Shown here: positions 26,444-42,394 of the stretch, piece after piece
Numbering within the stretch: the first letter of the stretch is position 1
How the letters are laid out: each line of letters begins with the position of its first letter
Assembly (NCBI GenBank): GCA_964016885.1
Contig: OZ024741.1
Span: 206,336,001 to 206,400,000 of the forward strand
Direction of reading: 5' to 3'
Source of the DNA: Eledone cirrhosa
Lineage: Eukaryota
DNA: 64,000 bases
Translations under genes and position numbers: made by a program
Notes under the pieces: generated by a model
The model's database searches: none
The model's input: only the letters and a program-made list of their open reading frames with translations
Told to the model about the DNA's origin: nothing

Positions 26444-26857
26444 TATAGGAAATATAAAATCATACAAACAAATTGCAAGAGAATTAAGCCGCGCAAAACC
26501 GTTCAGAATATTGTAAGTAGAGTTGTGTGTGAATAAAACAAATCGTTAAGTAGCAACTTATGTATTAACTTAATATGCTGATTGTAGATTACGTATCAAA
26601 GCATTTGCGAGAAATAGGCAAGGGGACAAGAGAATATTGATCTTAGGTGTGTTATGTGTAAAACTTTGGTTATGTTCTTTGAATATGAAACAAACGCAAG
26701 TAGCTCGGCTCGATCTATCAATATTACTCAAAAGAAACCAAGAAGGTTGTGATGAAAGAGAAGAAAATTTGCATAGTATTTTCGAATATGTACAAATAAA
26801 TGTATGTATGTACACTACCACATAAATACACACACACAAACACACACACACACACAT

Positions 26858-26917
<60 letters not shown>

Positions 26918-26930
26918 ATATATATATACA

Positions 26931-27000
<70 letters not shown>

Positions 27001-27006
<6 letters not shown>

Positions 27007-27460
27007 ATTAAATAAATGGAAAACTATATTTATAAAACCATATTTATTTCATTATATATATTTCGGGGATATCATATTAACAATATGCTATGCCTTCATC
27101 AGACAAAATACAATATAAACAGTTTTATAGACAAATAGGTTCGACATACCGTTATAACACCGACTTCATTTGAAGAGGTTTACTCTGGCTGTGTAAACCT
27201 CTTCAAATGAAGTCGGTGTTATAACGGTATGTCGAACCTATTTGTCTATAAAACTGTTTATATTGTATTTTGTCTGATGAAGGCATAGCATATTGTTAAT
27301 ATGATATCCCAGAAATATATATAATGAAATAAATATGGTTTTATAAATATAGTTTTCCATTTATTTAATATTGTAAATATACTCCAAATATTTGTCGAGT
27401 GCTTTTATACCAGTTATAAATATTTACTAGTTGTAACCCAACAATTTTAAATATAACTTT

Positions 27461-27462
<2 letters not shown>
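27001..27462 (+). mobile_element. Foldback HHR element
   Basis: Near-perfect 183-bp arms 27001-27183 / 27193-27375; CTGATGA 27274-27280..GAAA 27312-27315 TATA TA; tail with bulged hairpin 27381-27400; (TA)n flanks. Confidence 0.85.
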
Positions 27463-27524
<62 letters not shown>

Positions 27525-28157
27525 CGTTTCTGAATTTGTTTAGCAAGATTCTTTATCTGAAAACGTGTGTTGAAACCCATATATATAACCGATATATATA
27601 TATAAAGTCAAAAGTAGGATGATATATATATATGAAACAATTACAGGGGATAATTTGTAAAGAGTGTAACCATAAATAGTTACGGGAGTAACATATTAAA
27701 ATTAAACAAGAACTTTGAATGATTAATCTCCGTTGTATATATTCCATTGAAGAAATATATTTCACCATTTATCGGTGAATCATAAATGTCAAATGTTGGA
27801 TCATCGGCAAAGGAGAAGATTTAAACCATCTATGATTACACACTCGAAGCAAATAGGGATATAAAGGTTCTCCTATGGCGCTGACATGCAGCGTCTGTGC
27901 AAGACTCTGCCTCAGCAAAGTGGACTTAAAATTCATCTTCGCGGTCATAAAGTGAGACCACTGGTTGACTACCAGGCTGCTGTCGGAGATACTACTCATC
28001 ACACCTGTCAAGCATGAGGAAAAAAGTGTAGATCAGCAGGAGGGCTCAAGCGACATACAAAGTACATGAAGACCAACCACAGCCAGCTATTGCCACTGAA
28101 TGTTTTTATCATGCTTGCCAACTCTGTGCAAGACATTTTAGATTATTGGCTGCGCCA

Positions 28158-28330
28158 TTGAGGGTCGGACGCCATGCTTTGACGCATAGAGTTACGGCCC
28201 TTGCCATTCTGAGTTCAAATCCCGCCGAGGTTAACTTTGCCTTTCATCCTTACGGGGTCGATAAAATAAAGTACCAGTAATACACTGGTTAATTGCTGGC
28301 CTTGTGCCAAAAGTAGACACAATTAATTAT
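28158..28330 (+). mobile_element. tRNA-derived SINE (major family)
   Basis: Same B-box, core and tail blocks. Confidence 0.85.
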
Positions 28331-28389
28331 TAATGTGTTCTTTTTTTATCGTGCAATACCCATATTCGATATTCAAGGTGGCAGCCATC

Positions 28390-30720
28390 ATGTATGTATG
28401 TTCTTCTGGATTTATAATTTCACAATTTTTTTTACCAGAAGAACATACATACATGATGGCCGCCCCCTCGGTCTTTGTGTATGTATGTTCTTCTGGTTTT
28501 ATAATTTTATAAATTTTTACCAATAGAGAGAGAGTCGGTTTCTAACATAGAGACAAGACTCTGTCATTGGAATTTACACATCAACTAGCTAGATATGTAT
28601 GTATGTCTACATGTGTAGATATGTATGTTATTGTATATGCAATATTAGATGCAACATGTTTGGAATGTTCTACATATTTTTACTGTTCCATTAATGGATT
28701 GTACTTGTAATTTCCTAACTAGTTGTGTTCCTTCTGTTCCTGTGAAGCCTAGCTTCTCAAGATTAGAATTGAGCAGTTACTAACATACCCCAGTGCCCCA
28801 ATAATCACAGGCATAAATCTGAAGGTATAATCAGGGTGGAGTATTTGCAGATTTTTCATCAGTTCTGCATAAATATTCTCCTTTTCGCTAATCTTTGATA
28901 TTATATTGGCATCTGCTGGGCAGCTAACTTCCACTACTGTGCATGCCTTCTTTCCCTGTCCCAAATCATAATATATGGTCTGTTATGCCTGCATTTTATT
29001 TGGGTTTTTACTGCAACATTCCACCAGTACTCTTTCATATTATGTATATGCATGTCTTCCACATTGCTGTAGCTTTTAATGTGTTTATTACGGGGCTATC
29101 TTTTCTACGCATTGAAATTGTACAGTGTTTTGGCCACTACATCATGCCTCATAGGTAGATAGTACCGCGATGAAATCTTTGGACAGCTGCTTATGACATG
29201 GGTGACATCTTCGATGTTAATTCTGCAGAGTCTGCACTTGTTATCACATCTAGGTGTTTTTTCTGCACCCCTATCTCTTTTGTGAATCAGGTGTTTCGTG
29301 TTGATTTCCTGTTCTTGGATTGCAAAAGCGTATCCTTCAAATTGGGAGCCAATATAGCGGTTGTTGGTCCAAGATAGACTACTTTCCTTATCTATATTAC
29401 TCTCACTCTGGAGCTTCCTGGCAACATATCCATGCATGATTCTTTTGCTGATAAGCATGGATTCACTGCGATACTGCTGAGCGACTGACCTGGGTGTGAG
29501 TTTTTGATTATGTATGTATGTATCATTTCTCTTAATTTCGAGTACATTTTTGACCGGCCACGTTCCTAGTGGCAAGGTTGTAATAGAAAAGAAATTGTCA
29601 TCCCTTAAATAGCAAGAATGTTTTGCAAATTTTGAATGTGCCAGCTATTGCAGCCATTTGTAGTCTATGAATTAGGCAGCTGCGGTATTTGTCCACAAAT
29701 CCCAGTTCAGTTATACTTTGGTCCAAGCGGGCTGGTATATAAACCGTAGCTGCAACAATGATAAGTATGAAGCAAGCTGAAAGTGTATCTTGAATACTAG
29801 ATCTGCAAACTCCTCATCAATGGCCTGTAGATGTCCTCCTTCTCTTATATTTTTCTTACAACGTTGACATCAAGTGGGCACCTGATCTCTACAATAGAGC
29901 ATGATTTCAATGTGTGGTCTCAAACAACAATATCAGGCCGGTGTCAGTTTTATATTCAGGTTCCACCAGTATTCTTTAGTGCCATCTATCTCAACATATT
30001 CCTCCTCATTTGTTTTTAATTTTGTATTTCTAAGTGCGCTCCAGATGGTTCTAGCTATCACATCGTTTGGCAACAATGTGGCTAACATCTTCGATCTTTG
30101 TTTTACAAAGCCTACATTTATTGTCGGCTGATAGCCCCTCCCCTCTTTTGTGTAGAAGATATTTGGTAGGGATTTCTTGTTCCTGTATTGCATAGAGATA
30201 TTCTTCAAGGGTGTCACAAACTTGTCGGAACTCCCTGTCAGGCTTTTTGAATGATCTATCCCCTCTATGGTCTGTGTTTTTCTTCTCAGGTACCCATGCA
30301 CAACTTTGTCTGTAAATTGGTACATGTTTTATCTTGTCCGAACATTGAATAGGATCTTCCAATTTCCCCAGGAGAGAGATTTATGTCAGGCCTTATTCCA
30401 TATCCCTCGTCTAGATCAGTGGCTATGTATTTCTTCGGGTTTTATAATTTCACACATTTTTTTCCAATAGAGAGAGAGCCGGTTTCTAACATAGATACAA
30501 GACTCTCTCATTGGAATTTACACAACATCAACTAGGTAGATATGTATGCATGCATGTGCAGATATGGGTGTTACTGTATGTGTGGATGTGTATGTTTTGA
30601 GTTGTATGTGTGCATGTGTATATGCTTTGTATCTGTACATGTGTATATGCAGTTATTAGATGCCAAATGTTTGGAATGTTTTATATATTTTTACTGTTCC
30701 ATTAATGGATTATACTTGTA
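28390..30720 (-). mobile_element. Stacked R4/Dong-like LINE 3' fragments
   Basis: AIQEQEI.TK, CRLC..ED.TH..S.C, RHD and VEVSCP..K...Y..L..PVIIGALG motifs (ORFs 28749-29575, 29933-30362); repeated 3'UTR ending GAAGAA(CATA)n. Confidence 0.85.
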
Positions 30721-30751
<31 letters not shown>

Positions 30752-30773
30752 TGTATGTATGTATGTATGTATG

Positions 30774-31246
30774 TGACTTTGGACATCCTGCAGGACTAAA
30801 AACAAAACCTGTCAAAGGGCAAAGGAGCTCTTAAGAGTCAATGGCCATCCAAAATCACCGGGAGAGATGACCCCTTAGCCTTTGTCAAGGCAGAATTCTA
30901 GGAGAAGGAAAACTCTGATATAACACCTGCAACTCTGATGGTATCCAATGATGTTGACTTGTTCTTCTTTTTGGTAAATATCATCTTGGTTAATATCATT
31001 ATGCTCACTATAAAAGCTTCACGGCACAGGCATTGCTTTATATCTGGAGATCTCTCTGCACTTGTCGTCACATGGTACCATGGGCCCAGCACTGTGTGTC
31101 AATAATTGTCACAAGTGTAGTGTTTGTACCAGAGTTTTCAAGTCGCTGGCTGTACTAAAAAGTCACACTCGTTCAGCGCATCGGTAGGGGTTCTCCTACA
31201 TGGATATAAAGTAGTGGCCGTACTCGAAAACGAGTTGGCAGCCACC
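30774..31246 (-). mobile_element. Non-autonomous LINE-derived element in (CATA)n
   Basis: Closely matches 39063-39557 with an identical 5' end; residual KST.L.TIR LINE C-terminus. Confidence 0.75.
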
Positions 31247-31625
31247 ATGTATGTATGCATGTATGTATCCATACGAATAGGCTTTATGGTTCAGATTCAA
31301 CGCTCATTTAGACTACCTATCTTTAAATGTGTATAGTGATTGTTATAGACACGTGGAGAAATACATAAACATATGTGTTTAATTTTATTGCTTCATATAT
31401 TCAAATAGATTACCCTATTCATCTGTATCCACTGCCGTATGTTTTTTGTTGTTGATATTTTTGACGTTTTTCTTTATCCAACTAGAAACGTTATATATAC
31501 ATGTCTATTCTTATATATACATACAGGGAATGTGTGTATGCATGTGTATATTTTAGGTCTGTGCATGTGTGTATGATAGTATGTGTGTGTGAGAGGGAGA
31601 GAGAGAAAGAGAGAGAGAGAAAACA

Positions 31626-31656
<31 letters not shown>

Positions 31657-31660
31657 GAAA

Positions 31661-31692
<32 letters not shown>

Positions 31693-31695
31693 AAG

Positions 31696-31726
<31 letters not shown>

Positions 31727-32879
31727 GAGACAACCGCCAGAGAGACAAGCACATCATATTCAAATATAATAGTAATTTTTATCTTATTAGAAAACCATAT
31801 TTTTTCACTGTCCAACACCGATTAACATAATCATTGCTGTAAATTCAGAGTTGACGTAGCTCTCGCTCTTTCCAATTAGCGTTTACTTCCGTTTATTGCA
31901 AGGACAAATTGCTCAAGGGTATATAGAATCATGCATGCATTATTAATTATTAATCGATGAGTTTTTGTTTAATAATATGGATATCTAGAGGGAGAATTTA
32001 GTGTAAGACGATCTACGCGTTAAACATATATATAAATATTTTTAATCAAATAACTACTTGGTGCCTTCGGACATAATTACCACACGTACACTAAGATCAC
32101 GTTTTCCCGCTAAAAACCATAGTTCTCCATATAGTTTTGGCATGAAATCTGTCACGTTCATGCTATTTGATTACGGTTGCTGACGTGATCATTCTAGTCT
32201 CGTTGAGGGTGTTTACCAAATGCCAAACCGCTTAAGATAGACTAAATTGCCGGGCATAATCTGTCGCCTTGTGAATATCGGCAGATTTTGAATTCCGTGG
32301 TGCGCGTATGAGCGTTTTTAGTAATTGGTGGTGGCGGTGATGTTATTGTGCAATATGTGCTTTGGTGTTGGTTGTTTTGTTTGTATGAATTGTGTGTCTT
32401 GTCTAAGGTAGTTGTGGGAATTTACAGTCAATGTTTGTGCATAATCTGGTACGCATTGGATAACGACAGATCTTTGGAATGCGGTGCTGTGACAAATTTT
32501 CTTGGGGTAGCTAGATATGGAGGGGGCATGTAAATAGGACTGTTTCATCACTAATTGTAGAGGTAGTAGTAGTAGATTTTGACAATGATGGTGATTGTCT
32601 GTTCAGGTAGTCCGAGAGAGTAAAATATTTGAAAAACTGGGGTTTGAAGGATAGTTGTTGTTGACGTGGTCTTTCATTGTGCTTATATTAGGAGTATATG
32701 AGTCAGAGGCTGCTGGCTTGCTTGCTGTTGTTGTTAATGTTTTGGCTGCTGTGAATGTCGTTGTTGTGGCTGTTGCTGCTGCTGTTGTTGTTGTTTCTGT
32801 GGTTTTGCACTGATAGGAAATGTATATTCTGCAGATTAAGCCGACAGATTAATTGTAAAACTAGGAACGTAGTGAGGGA

Positions 32880-33180
32880 CAGTATAGGAATAGGAACACA
32901 TAAACCTGGATATAACGCATGCGCAGCCCAAGTACACAGCTGAGAAAAACAAGGTGGTGTAAGACAGAACAAAGGAGACACGCGAAATAAATAAATTAGT
33001 CATTGATAAGGTCACAGAATGTGTGACGAAAGAGATTTGATGACAATCAACAACTACACAATCATCTGGTTATTAATCTAATTCTGGGAAATTATAATAA
33101 TAAATTGAAGTGCAACCCAACAGGGGCGTGTGCTTTTATTGGCAGCATGATCCTCCCAATGTATAACAATATTGTAATTC
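32880..33180 (+). repeat. Diverged copy of the 52950-53535 family with a decayed HHR
   Basis: TTGATAAGGTCACAGAATGTGTGACGAAAG at about 33003-33032. Confidence 0.65.
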
Positions 33181-33257
33181 TTATTTTGAGTAAGAATATT
33201 ATTCCACCTTGACACTTGTCCTTTCTAACTCGCTCAACGGTTCTAAAAATAGACTAT

Positions 33258-33315
<58 letters not shown>

Positions 33316-33342
33316 CTGTGTATATATATATGTGTGAGTGTA

Positions 33343-33395
<53 letters not shown>

Positions 33396-33416
33396 TTATA
33401 TATATGTGTGAGTGTA

Positions 33417-33459
<43 letters not shown>

Positions 33460-33561
33460 GTGCCATCTGGACCCTTATTATGAATGGTAAGATCATTTTC
33501 TATTTTTAACCAAGTGAATTCAATTGAATCCTGACCTGTTGAATCCCACTTCCACCTTTCT

Positions 33562-33606
33562 TTCCTGATGATTTCCTTCGAATGAAACAGTTCTACTCCT
33601 GTAGAA
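33562..33606 (+). ncRNA. Hammerhead ribozyme motif (family of 25.2 and 52.3 kb)
   Basis: TTC-CTGATGA-tTTC cttc GAAt-GAAA-CAG ttctactc CTG-TA-GAA. Confidence 0.85.
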
Positions 33607-33642
33607 GCCATTTCTATATTAAATCTTGTATACACTCTACTA

Positions 33643-34220
33643 GTTATTGGGGCACTGGGATATGTTAGTAACTGCCTCAATACAAATCTTGAGAAGCTAG
33701 GTTTCACAGGAACAGAAAGAACACAACTAGTTAGGAAATTACAAGTACAATCCTTTAATGGAACAGTAAAAATATGTAAAACATTCCAAAAATGTTACAT
33801 CTAATAACTGCATATACACATATACAGATACTAACCATATACACATGCACACATACAACTCAAAACATCCACATCCACACATACAATAACTGTTTCTACT
33901 TTAGGCACAAGGCCAGCAATTACGCAGTGCATTACTGGTACTTTATTTTATCGACCCCGTAAGGATGAAAGGCAAAGTCAACCTCGGCGGGATTTGAACT
34001 CAGTTCGTAAAGGGACGTAACACGCTGGAAAGCATGGCGTCCGACCCTCTACCGATACTGCCAAACATCCATATCTATACATGCATGCAGACATACATAT
34101 CTACCTAGTTGATGTTGTGTAAATTCCCATGAGAGAGTCTTGTGTCTATGTTAGAAACCGACTCTCTCTATTGGCGAAAATTTGTGAAATTATAAAACCA
34201 GAAGAACATACATACATTCA
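33643..34220 (+). mobile_element. R4/Dong-like LINE 3' end with a nested minus-strand SINE (33890-34062)
   Basis: Reverse complement of about 28480-28805; SINE blocks within the UTR. Confidence 0.85.
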
Positions 34221-34765
34221 CACATATAACCAATCCATTTAATGTAGTGAAACTTTCTTTTCTACAGTCCCCTAGTGTTTATTTGTTTTTGAAACGCGTC
34301 AATTGAAAGATTTTCCGAAAATACTTTTTTGTTTTCTTTTTTCTTTTGTCATTCATTGATCTTTATATATCCATTGTATTATGCTTACATTTTTTCTCTT
34401 TACTTTATTCTTAATTCCATCAGATAGTTAATCCATCAATTTGTTATCCTCAAGCACGATAAGTCACATTCTTTGTCTTCTTTTACAGCAAGGGTCAAGA
34501 AAATAATGGTATTTATTTTCTTCGAATGTAATTTTTTTCTGATTTAACTAATGTCTGTATAATAATAGCTTAAGTAAAAAATATTCATTGCTCAAAGATA
34601 TTTTCTTTTCACTTTCCTTTTTTGCTTTGACATCATCTCATCATCATCATCAACATTATTTTTATTACTATTATTTCGTTTTAGCTTCCGATTCCACCCC
34701 ACTACAACACCAAATATTTACTTATTTCCTCTCTATGACCAAAATTCGTTTTCATTTATATAAAT

Positions 34766-35155
<390 letters not shown>

Positions 35156-35179
35156 ACTAAACAGATGCCTTGAGAAAAA

Positions 35180-35980
35180 CGGATTAGAACGTTAGTTAAG
35201 GGGAGGTTGACAGGGACAGTCGTCAACCAGTAGTGGGGTGCCCTCAAGTGAGCGATTAGAGTAGAATCGGTAGCATTTAGTGAAGAAGTAGCGATAGAAA
35301 AAATAGAAAGGCGGGTGAGTATCTAAATTAGAAGACGCAATTAGGAGTGGCATTGCAACCTACGTACTAGCTGCGAAAAACGAAGGTTACATTGTCAGAG
35401 CTAAGTCGCGTGCTTTAAGAAACGAGGGAACGATGGCTGTTCGTTGGGCCCGAGTGGCAGAGGCGTTGCGTGACAACAAAACTACAATTCGGCCTTTGAC
35501 GGATCGATATTAGCTCATGCTAGTTGATTTGAAGCAGATCAGTGTGGCCTTTTACCAGCCTTTTGCGCGACTGTTCGGAGAGAGCGGGGATCAGATACGG
35601 TGGCGAACTTCATGTCCTAATGTAACGACCTCAGTGATTGATGCGGACTACTGCGAAAAGCTGACAGCAGCAACCAAGATTCGGGAAACCCTGCCGACTA
35701 TTCGAGGCGTAAACCGCTCGGTTTAGATGGTCTACAACATTAGATTTATGTAGGCATGCTTGACTTGTTCTTCGATCTATTTAAAGCCGTGTACTACAAC
35801 TGGCAACAGTTCCTTGAGTCGGGACGTCGAAACGGTGATGAGGAAAGACGTGAACAACAGGGACGTCATTAATTATTTTCGGCCCATAACTTTACTAAAC
35901 ATAGAGTTTAAGCTTTTGGCTAAGGTGCTAGCAGCGAGGCTGGCGCTTGTCGTCGCGGGCCTGGTGCAGGAGGCGTAGAC
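35180..35980 (+). pseudogene. Tx1/L1-like LINE fragment
   Basis: FRPITLLNIEFKLLAKVLA.RL; DNA similarity to 56600-57190. Confidence 0.75.
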
Positions 35981-37444
35981 GCCGCTCGGTAAGATTAGAC
36001 CTCAGAAGATAAATAACCGTAATAATAATGATTTCTTTATTTTAATAATAATGGTTTCTGATTTAGGAACAAGGCCAACATTTTGGAAGAAGGGGAAAGT
36101 CGATTAAATCGACACCAGTGAGTTACTAGTACTTTATTTTATCGACCTCATAAGTCCCTAGTCTTTCGTATATTCAGCCACTTAAATGTTAATTTATGTT
36201 CAATAATTGAACAACTGCACGTACATCATCGAAACCGACGAACGATCAATTGCTAATTAGTTTGACCCCGACCGAATGTCAATACTCATGACCTTCACAG
36301 TCATTCTCTCTTATACTTGTCAGTTATTTATGGTAGTTATTCAGCTAGAACATCTAGAAATCGACATGTACAAGTTAAAAAAAAATATTGGAAGAAATTA
36401 ATGTAGAGTTTGGTATTAAAATTTTTGTAGTTGTGGTGTCCAGAGTGAATGGTAAAATCAATCTCTCAAGTCAGAAAGTTTAATAAAATCAACGATAAAA
36501 ATGTCTAAATTAGGGTTCACATTGACAATTAGGGATACCGTTTTGGCAAGATTATAAATGTGTTAGCCATAACTGTTTCAAAATGCTATGGCGGGACATA
36601 ACCCGTTGTCTATTTGTTTATGTAAATCAGCTATGCATTAAGCTTACTACACTTGAAATTCACATATTCCAAACTCCAAACAAATCAGAGACCCCTAGGT
36701 TTTCTAATGTACTTCTAATATATATATTTATAACCCAGTTACAATTATGAAAATACACTCTTGACAGGTGCAATATGTCCGAACATGGGAGAGCCGATCT
36801 CCCATCGTCATCAGCCCCCTCTCTCTCGCCTTCCCCATCTCTCTGTACTCTGTATAGTGAGAAAATGGGGTCCCCCGTTGTGGCCGCCCCACAGTGCTGG
36901 CCGCCCCAAATATTAAACGAAGTTCCTGCATATCACCCAATTTTCTATAAACAAAAGAGCCCACCATCTGAACTCGAAATTCAAATCTTGCCGAGATGTC
37001 TTTTGTCCTTCTTCATTAAAGCGCCGATGAATAAATTATTGGACCATTAATCTTTGTATTCTCTTTCCTTTTCCTCTCTTTCTTTCATTCTCTCCCCTCT
37101 CTCCACCACACTCTCCTTCTCAGGATTGCTACAGTTGCTACAGTCTTTTCGTTTTTGAATCATGTTAAGAACATATGTATGTGTGGAATATTCAACCACT
37201 TGCATGTTGATTTCATGAGTTGTTCGAACAACTGGATCATAATGGTAGCTATGGAATGGTCACATGTGGAATGCTTTCGATCAATTTATGTTCGATCAGA
37301 GATGTTAGGTGACTAAGCAAAAAATAACTATACCAATGATAACAACGAAGACATGCGTAGCATGAACAACTTCAATAACAAATACAGAAACAAAAACAAC
37401 AGCTATAAAAACAACAAAAACAACAACAATAACAACAACAACTA

Positions 37445-37485
<41 letters not shown>

Positions 37486-38700
37486 CGATCACCACTACTA
37501 CTACCACCACCACAACCACACAATCACCATCCGAAACACTTCTACTACTACCACAGTCAAAATGGCATCACACTCGAAATAAACAGTTTTAGCTCTGACA
37601 ATACAAAAACGGAATGGACAGTAATAGTATCTGAAGTGTTTTCCCTGGTGATGGATATTTTAATAGATATTTCAGGCACTTCATCCCTCAACGTTAATAG
37701 TAAATTGCATCTACTTATGAGCTGGCATCAATTATTCCACCTTCAATCTCATCAATGCGGTGAATCGTTACATCGTTTGTTTTAGCTTTCTATGCTCTTA
37801 GTGCAAATCCCGTCAACGCAATATTTGCCTTTCAGCCTGTTGGGGTAAATAGCATCCAGGACGATGAATTTGTGAAATTGATAGAACGTCGGTCAAAATA
37901 CAATATTCTGGTTTTGTGCAATCTGCGTTAAAATCATGCGTCATGTCAACGGGAAATTATTACATGATCGGACTGGGCCCCTTATTATCAAAACACCACA
38001 AAACAAAACAACGACTTATACGATGCAACCTCACAGGAAAAGGAAAATTTAGATAAAATGACCGCAAATATGTTAATAAATGTTATAATGTATTCTTTCA
38101 TTATTTATCTTTCATTATTATTATTTCACTTGATATCCATTCAACGTCCACTGAGCAATAGTGATTATGTTTATGTGGCTAATGGCTGTATCTATATCAC
38201 TAAAGATTATCCCACTAAAAGTTAGGGCGGTCGGGGGGGGGGGGGGAGGATACAGTGTTAACTAAATTCTTTGATGGATAAGCAATAAAAATCTGAATAT
38301 ATATTGGCCATAATAGAACACAGCTCCTCATATTGATGGCTTACTTGGGGATGTTGAGGGAATAAAAGCATGAAAGACATAGAAATACGTTAGAGACGGA
38401 AGGCGAAAGAAGGGAGAAGAATTGGCATGAAGAGTGAGGGAAATTAGTTTTATAAAATAACTTGGTCAGGCAGCAGTACATTAATATAAAATAGCAAAGA
38501 CAATATATTGGTCAGAATATTTCCATTAGAGAAAAATAAATGATGGCTTAAATGACCACTTAACATACGAGAAGAAAAGGAATGAAAAAAATATAAATGT
38601 ATATATGTATACACACGCACACACATACATGCATACATACATGCATGCATAAACATATACAACCATATACAGTCATACATACATACACACATACACAAAT

Positions 38701-38743
<43 letters not shown>

Positions 38744-38840
38744 TTATATATATACACCCCACTCTCAAGCGTGAGCCTAATACTAACACATTGTACTGCC
38801 CCTTGGCTTTGTTTTTTGTTTTCTTTTGTTTTCTCTTTTA

Positions 38841-39557
<717 letters not shown>

Positions 39558-39873
39558 ATATATATATGTATATATATAAAAATGTATATATGTATATATA
39601 TATATATATAAATGTATATATAAATGTATACACAGTTGAAAATTGAAAACTTGACTGTCACCACACATTATGAACCTGAAGATTGCGAAAGCATGAAAGT
39701 ACTTGTTCAATTAACACTTAACATTTAATATTCTACCATACTATTTCATTCTAATACCATTATAAATTTTTAAGAATTGTAAATAAAACGAGTAAATCAG
39801 ACAAAGTTGGAATTCCTTTTATTAATATAATCTTCTATACACAATCATACACACCCGTGTATATTTATCTACC

Positions 39874-41134
39874 TCTATATATATAAATGAATATATATAT
39901 GTAAAACAGAGGATGTCTGTCTGTGTGTCTGTTTCCCTAAAACTCGAGAAGTACCTAACCGTTTTTTTCAAACTTTACACATGTAACCCGTATGGCCCCG
40001 GAAGTGTTTTGAGCCAAAATAATTTCAAATTATTCTGACCTAGGGATCGAATTAGTGAAGTGGCCAATGTCTGTACATAATGAGGGAGTGAGAGGGGAGA
40101 GAAAGAAACGGAGAGGCGAAGTGAAGAAGTGGCTTTCTACTCCTCCTCCTCCTTCTCCCCATTCGTCACAGCGGTTTTCGATAGAGGGGAGAGAGAAAGA
40201 GTGAGAGTGAAAGAAACAGACAGACTAAAAGAGGGGGATAGCGGGAGAGAGAGAGAGAGAGACGCTGGAAGAGGGGAAGGAAAGCTATAAGTAATTTACA
40301 CGTGTGCGTGTGTGTGTGCTTGCGCGCGGGTGTGTGTGTGCGTGCGCGCGGGTGTGTGTGAGTGCGCGCGGGTATGTGTGTGTGTGTGTGTATGTGTTCG
40401 CGCAGGGTTCCATTATGAGTTAAATCTATTAACATGTGTGTGTGTGTGAGTTTCTGCGCTTGCGTGCTTCAGTGTGTGTGTGAACTTGCGTGTGGCGTTT
40501 CATTTACGCCATTTTTGTCACTGAAAACATATTCACTAGCTTACACTCATTCCAACTGCTACTCTTACTGTTACCCCTCTCCCTATCCATACCCCGTTCG
40601 GAAATCACATGCATCGGTTTTTAATTCACTGACGAGTTTACTCCTTATTCTACCAGTGAGTTTCAGTGTACTTCGTACTGCTTTTAGGTCATGCCTCGAA
40701 GGAAGAGATATTCCATTGGCCGAAAAACAGCGAAAGCAGCAACATCACGAACAGGGCAGGCAAACGAATCGTCAGTGGAATCTGCTATTCGACGATCGCA
40801 AGACGCTAAACGTACTGCCACCAGAAGAGCAGTTGAAACAGACAATCAACGAACTATTCGCCGAACCGCTAATGGCGCATCAACTTCTGTTGCACAAGCA
40901 GCCGAGACGGACGACCAGCGTAAAAGACGTCAGAGTACGGATGCTGCAAATACTGCTGCTGTGCGAGCTACACAGACCTCGCAAGAACGAGACATTTGAC
41001 AACAATGTAATGCTCATCGAAGGGCCTTTGGACAGGGTATTTCAAGGCCGTGTATACAACATATTTTGCTCTTTTCTTCTAATATGTAAGGAACAATTTC
41101 ATTCCCGGGCAACGCCGCCGGGTACCTATGCTAG
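39874..41134 (+). mobile_element. Internally deleted Helitron
   Basis: 5' TCTATATATATAAA..(TCTG)n; ORF 40691-40999 MPRRKR..IGR with ES/ET..QR..R repeats resembling RepHel N-termini; 3' CCCGG..CCGGG hairpin + CTAG-T. Confidence 0.75.
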
Positions 41135-41142
41135 TATATATA

Positions 41143-41189
<47 letters not shown>

Positions 41190-41211
41190 GTATATATATA
41201 TATATATATAA

Positions 41212-41251
<40 letters not shown>

Positions 41252-41262
41252 GTATATTATAA

Positions 41263-41303
<41 letters not shown>

Positions 41304-41306
<3 letters not shown>

Positions 41307-41807
41307 CATTATTTGCTAAACCTGATTATATATGTTCTGGCTCGTTAATTTATTAACCTGCCATTCAACCACATTGGCATATGGTTGGACAATACATGTG
41401 TCCCTTAGCGCTTTGTGCGTGTAGGAACACATATCCTATTATTACTATTCTCCTCTATGTTGAGAAAAAAATTTGGTCGTTCCGACTGCTACTAGTGATA
41501 GTGGTGGCCGATTGACCTACCTCCCTCTGCCTCTATCTTTACTTCGGCCCTTGAAAAAATTGATTCCACTTCATTTACTCTCATCTCGGGAACAGTTTTG
41601 GATAGCGCTAGTTCGTAATTTAAATTCAAGAATTTTATATTCTTCGAATGAAAAGAACCTTCTGACGAGAATCTTTCTTTGCAACGAAGGCCGTATGGTC
41701 TCCGTTTATTTTTGAGATTCGAAACCAATTCGGTAAAGGTAACTATAGTAAGTAAAGTTAATTTTTTAAAATTTATTTTGAAACTTTTTCATTATTTGCT
41801 AAACCTG

Positions 41808-41816
<9 letters not shown>
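41304..41816 (+). mobile_element. HHR unit with a 30-bp terminal direct repeat (period 483)
   Basis: TTTCATTATTTGCTAAACCTGATTATATAT at 41304 and 41787; (TA)n flanks. Confidence 0.85.
41657..41740 (+). ncRNA. Type I hammerhead ribozyme motif
   Basis: ACCTT-CTGACGA-GAATCTT..GAGATTC-GAAA-CC aattc GG-TA-AAGGT. Confidence 0.92.
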
Positions 41817-42137
<321 letters not shown>

Positions 42138-42139
42138 CG

Positions 42140-42394
42140 TGGTGGAGGCACGTGGCCTAATGGTAAGAGTGTTGGACTTGCGATCATAATGTCGTCGGTT
42201 CGATTCGTGTTGTGTTCTCGAGCAAAACACTTAATTTCACGTTGCTCCACTATACTCAGCTGGAAAGTACCAGCAATAGCTGGAGGTTTAACCCTGCGAT
42301 GGACTGGCGTCCTGTCTCAGTCGCTTCACGCCATGAAACCGGGATAAGCACCAGCCAAATGAGCCTTCTGGCTTAAGACATACTTTAGACTTTA
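42140..42394 (+). mobile_element. tRNA-derived SINE, second family
   Basis: TGGCCTAATGG A-box, GGTTCGATTC B-box, CCCTGCGATGGACTGGCGTCC core. Confidence 0.85.

Noticed and set aside
36728-37050. Unique-looking ORFs and a minus-strand CTGATGA at 36808
   Set aside because: No recognisable protein motif or splice structure; no GAAA after the stem.
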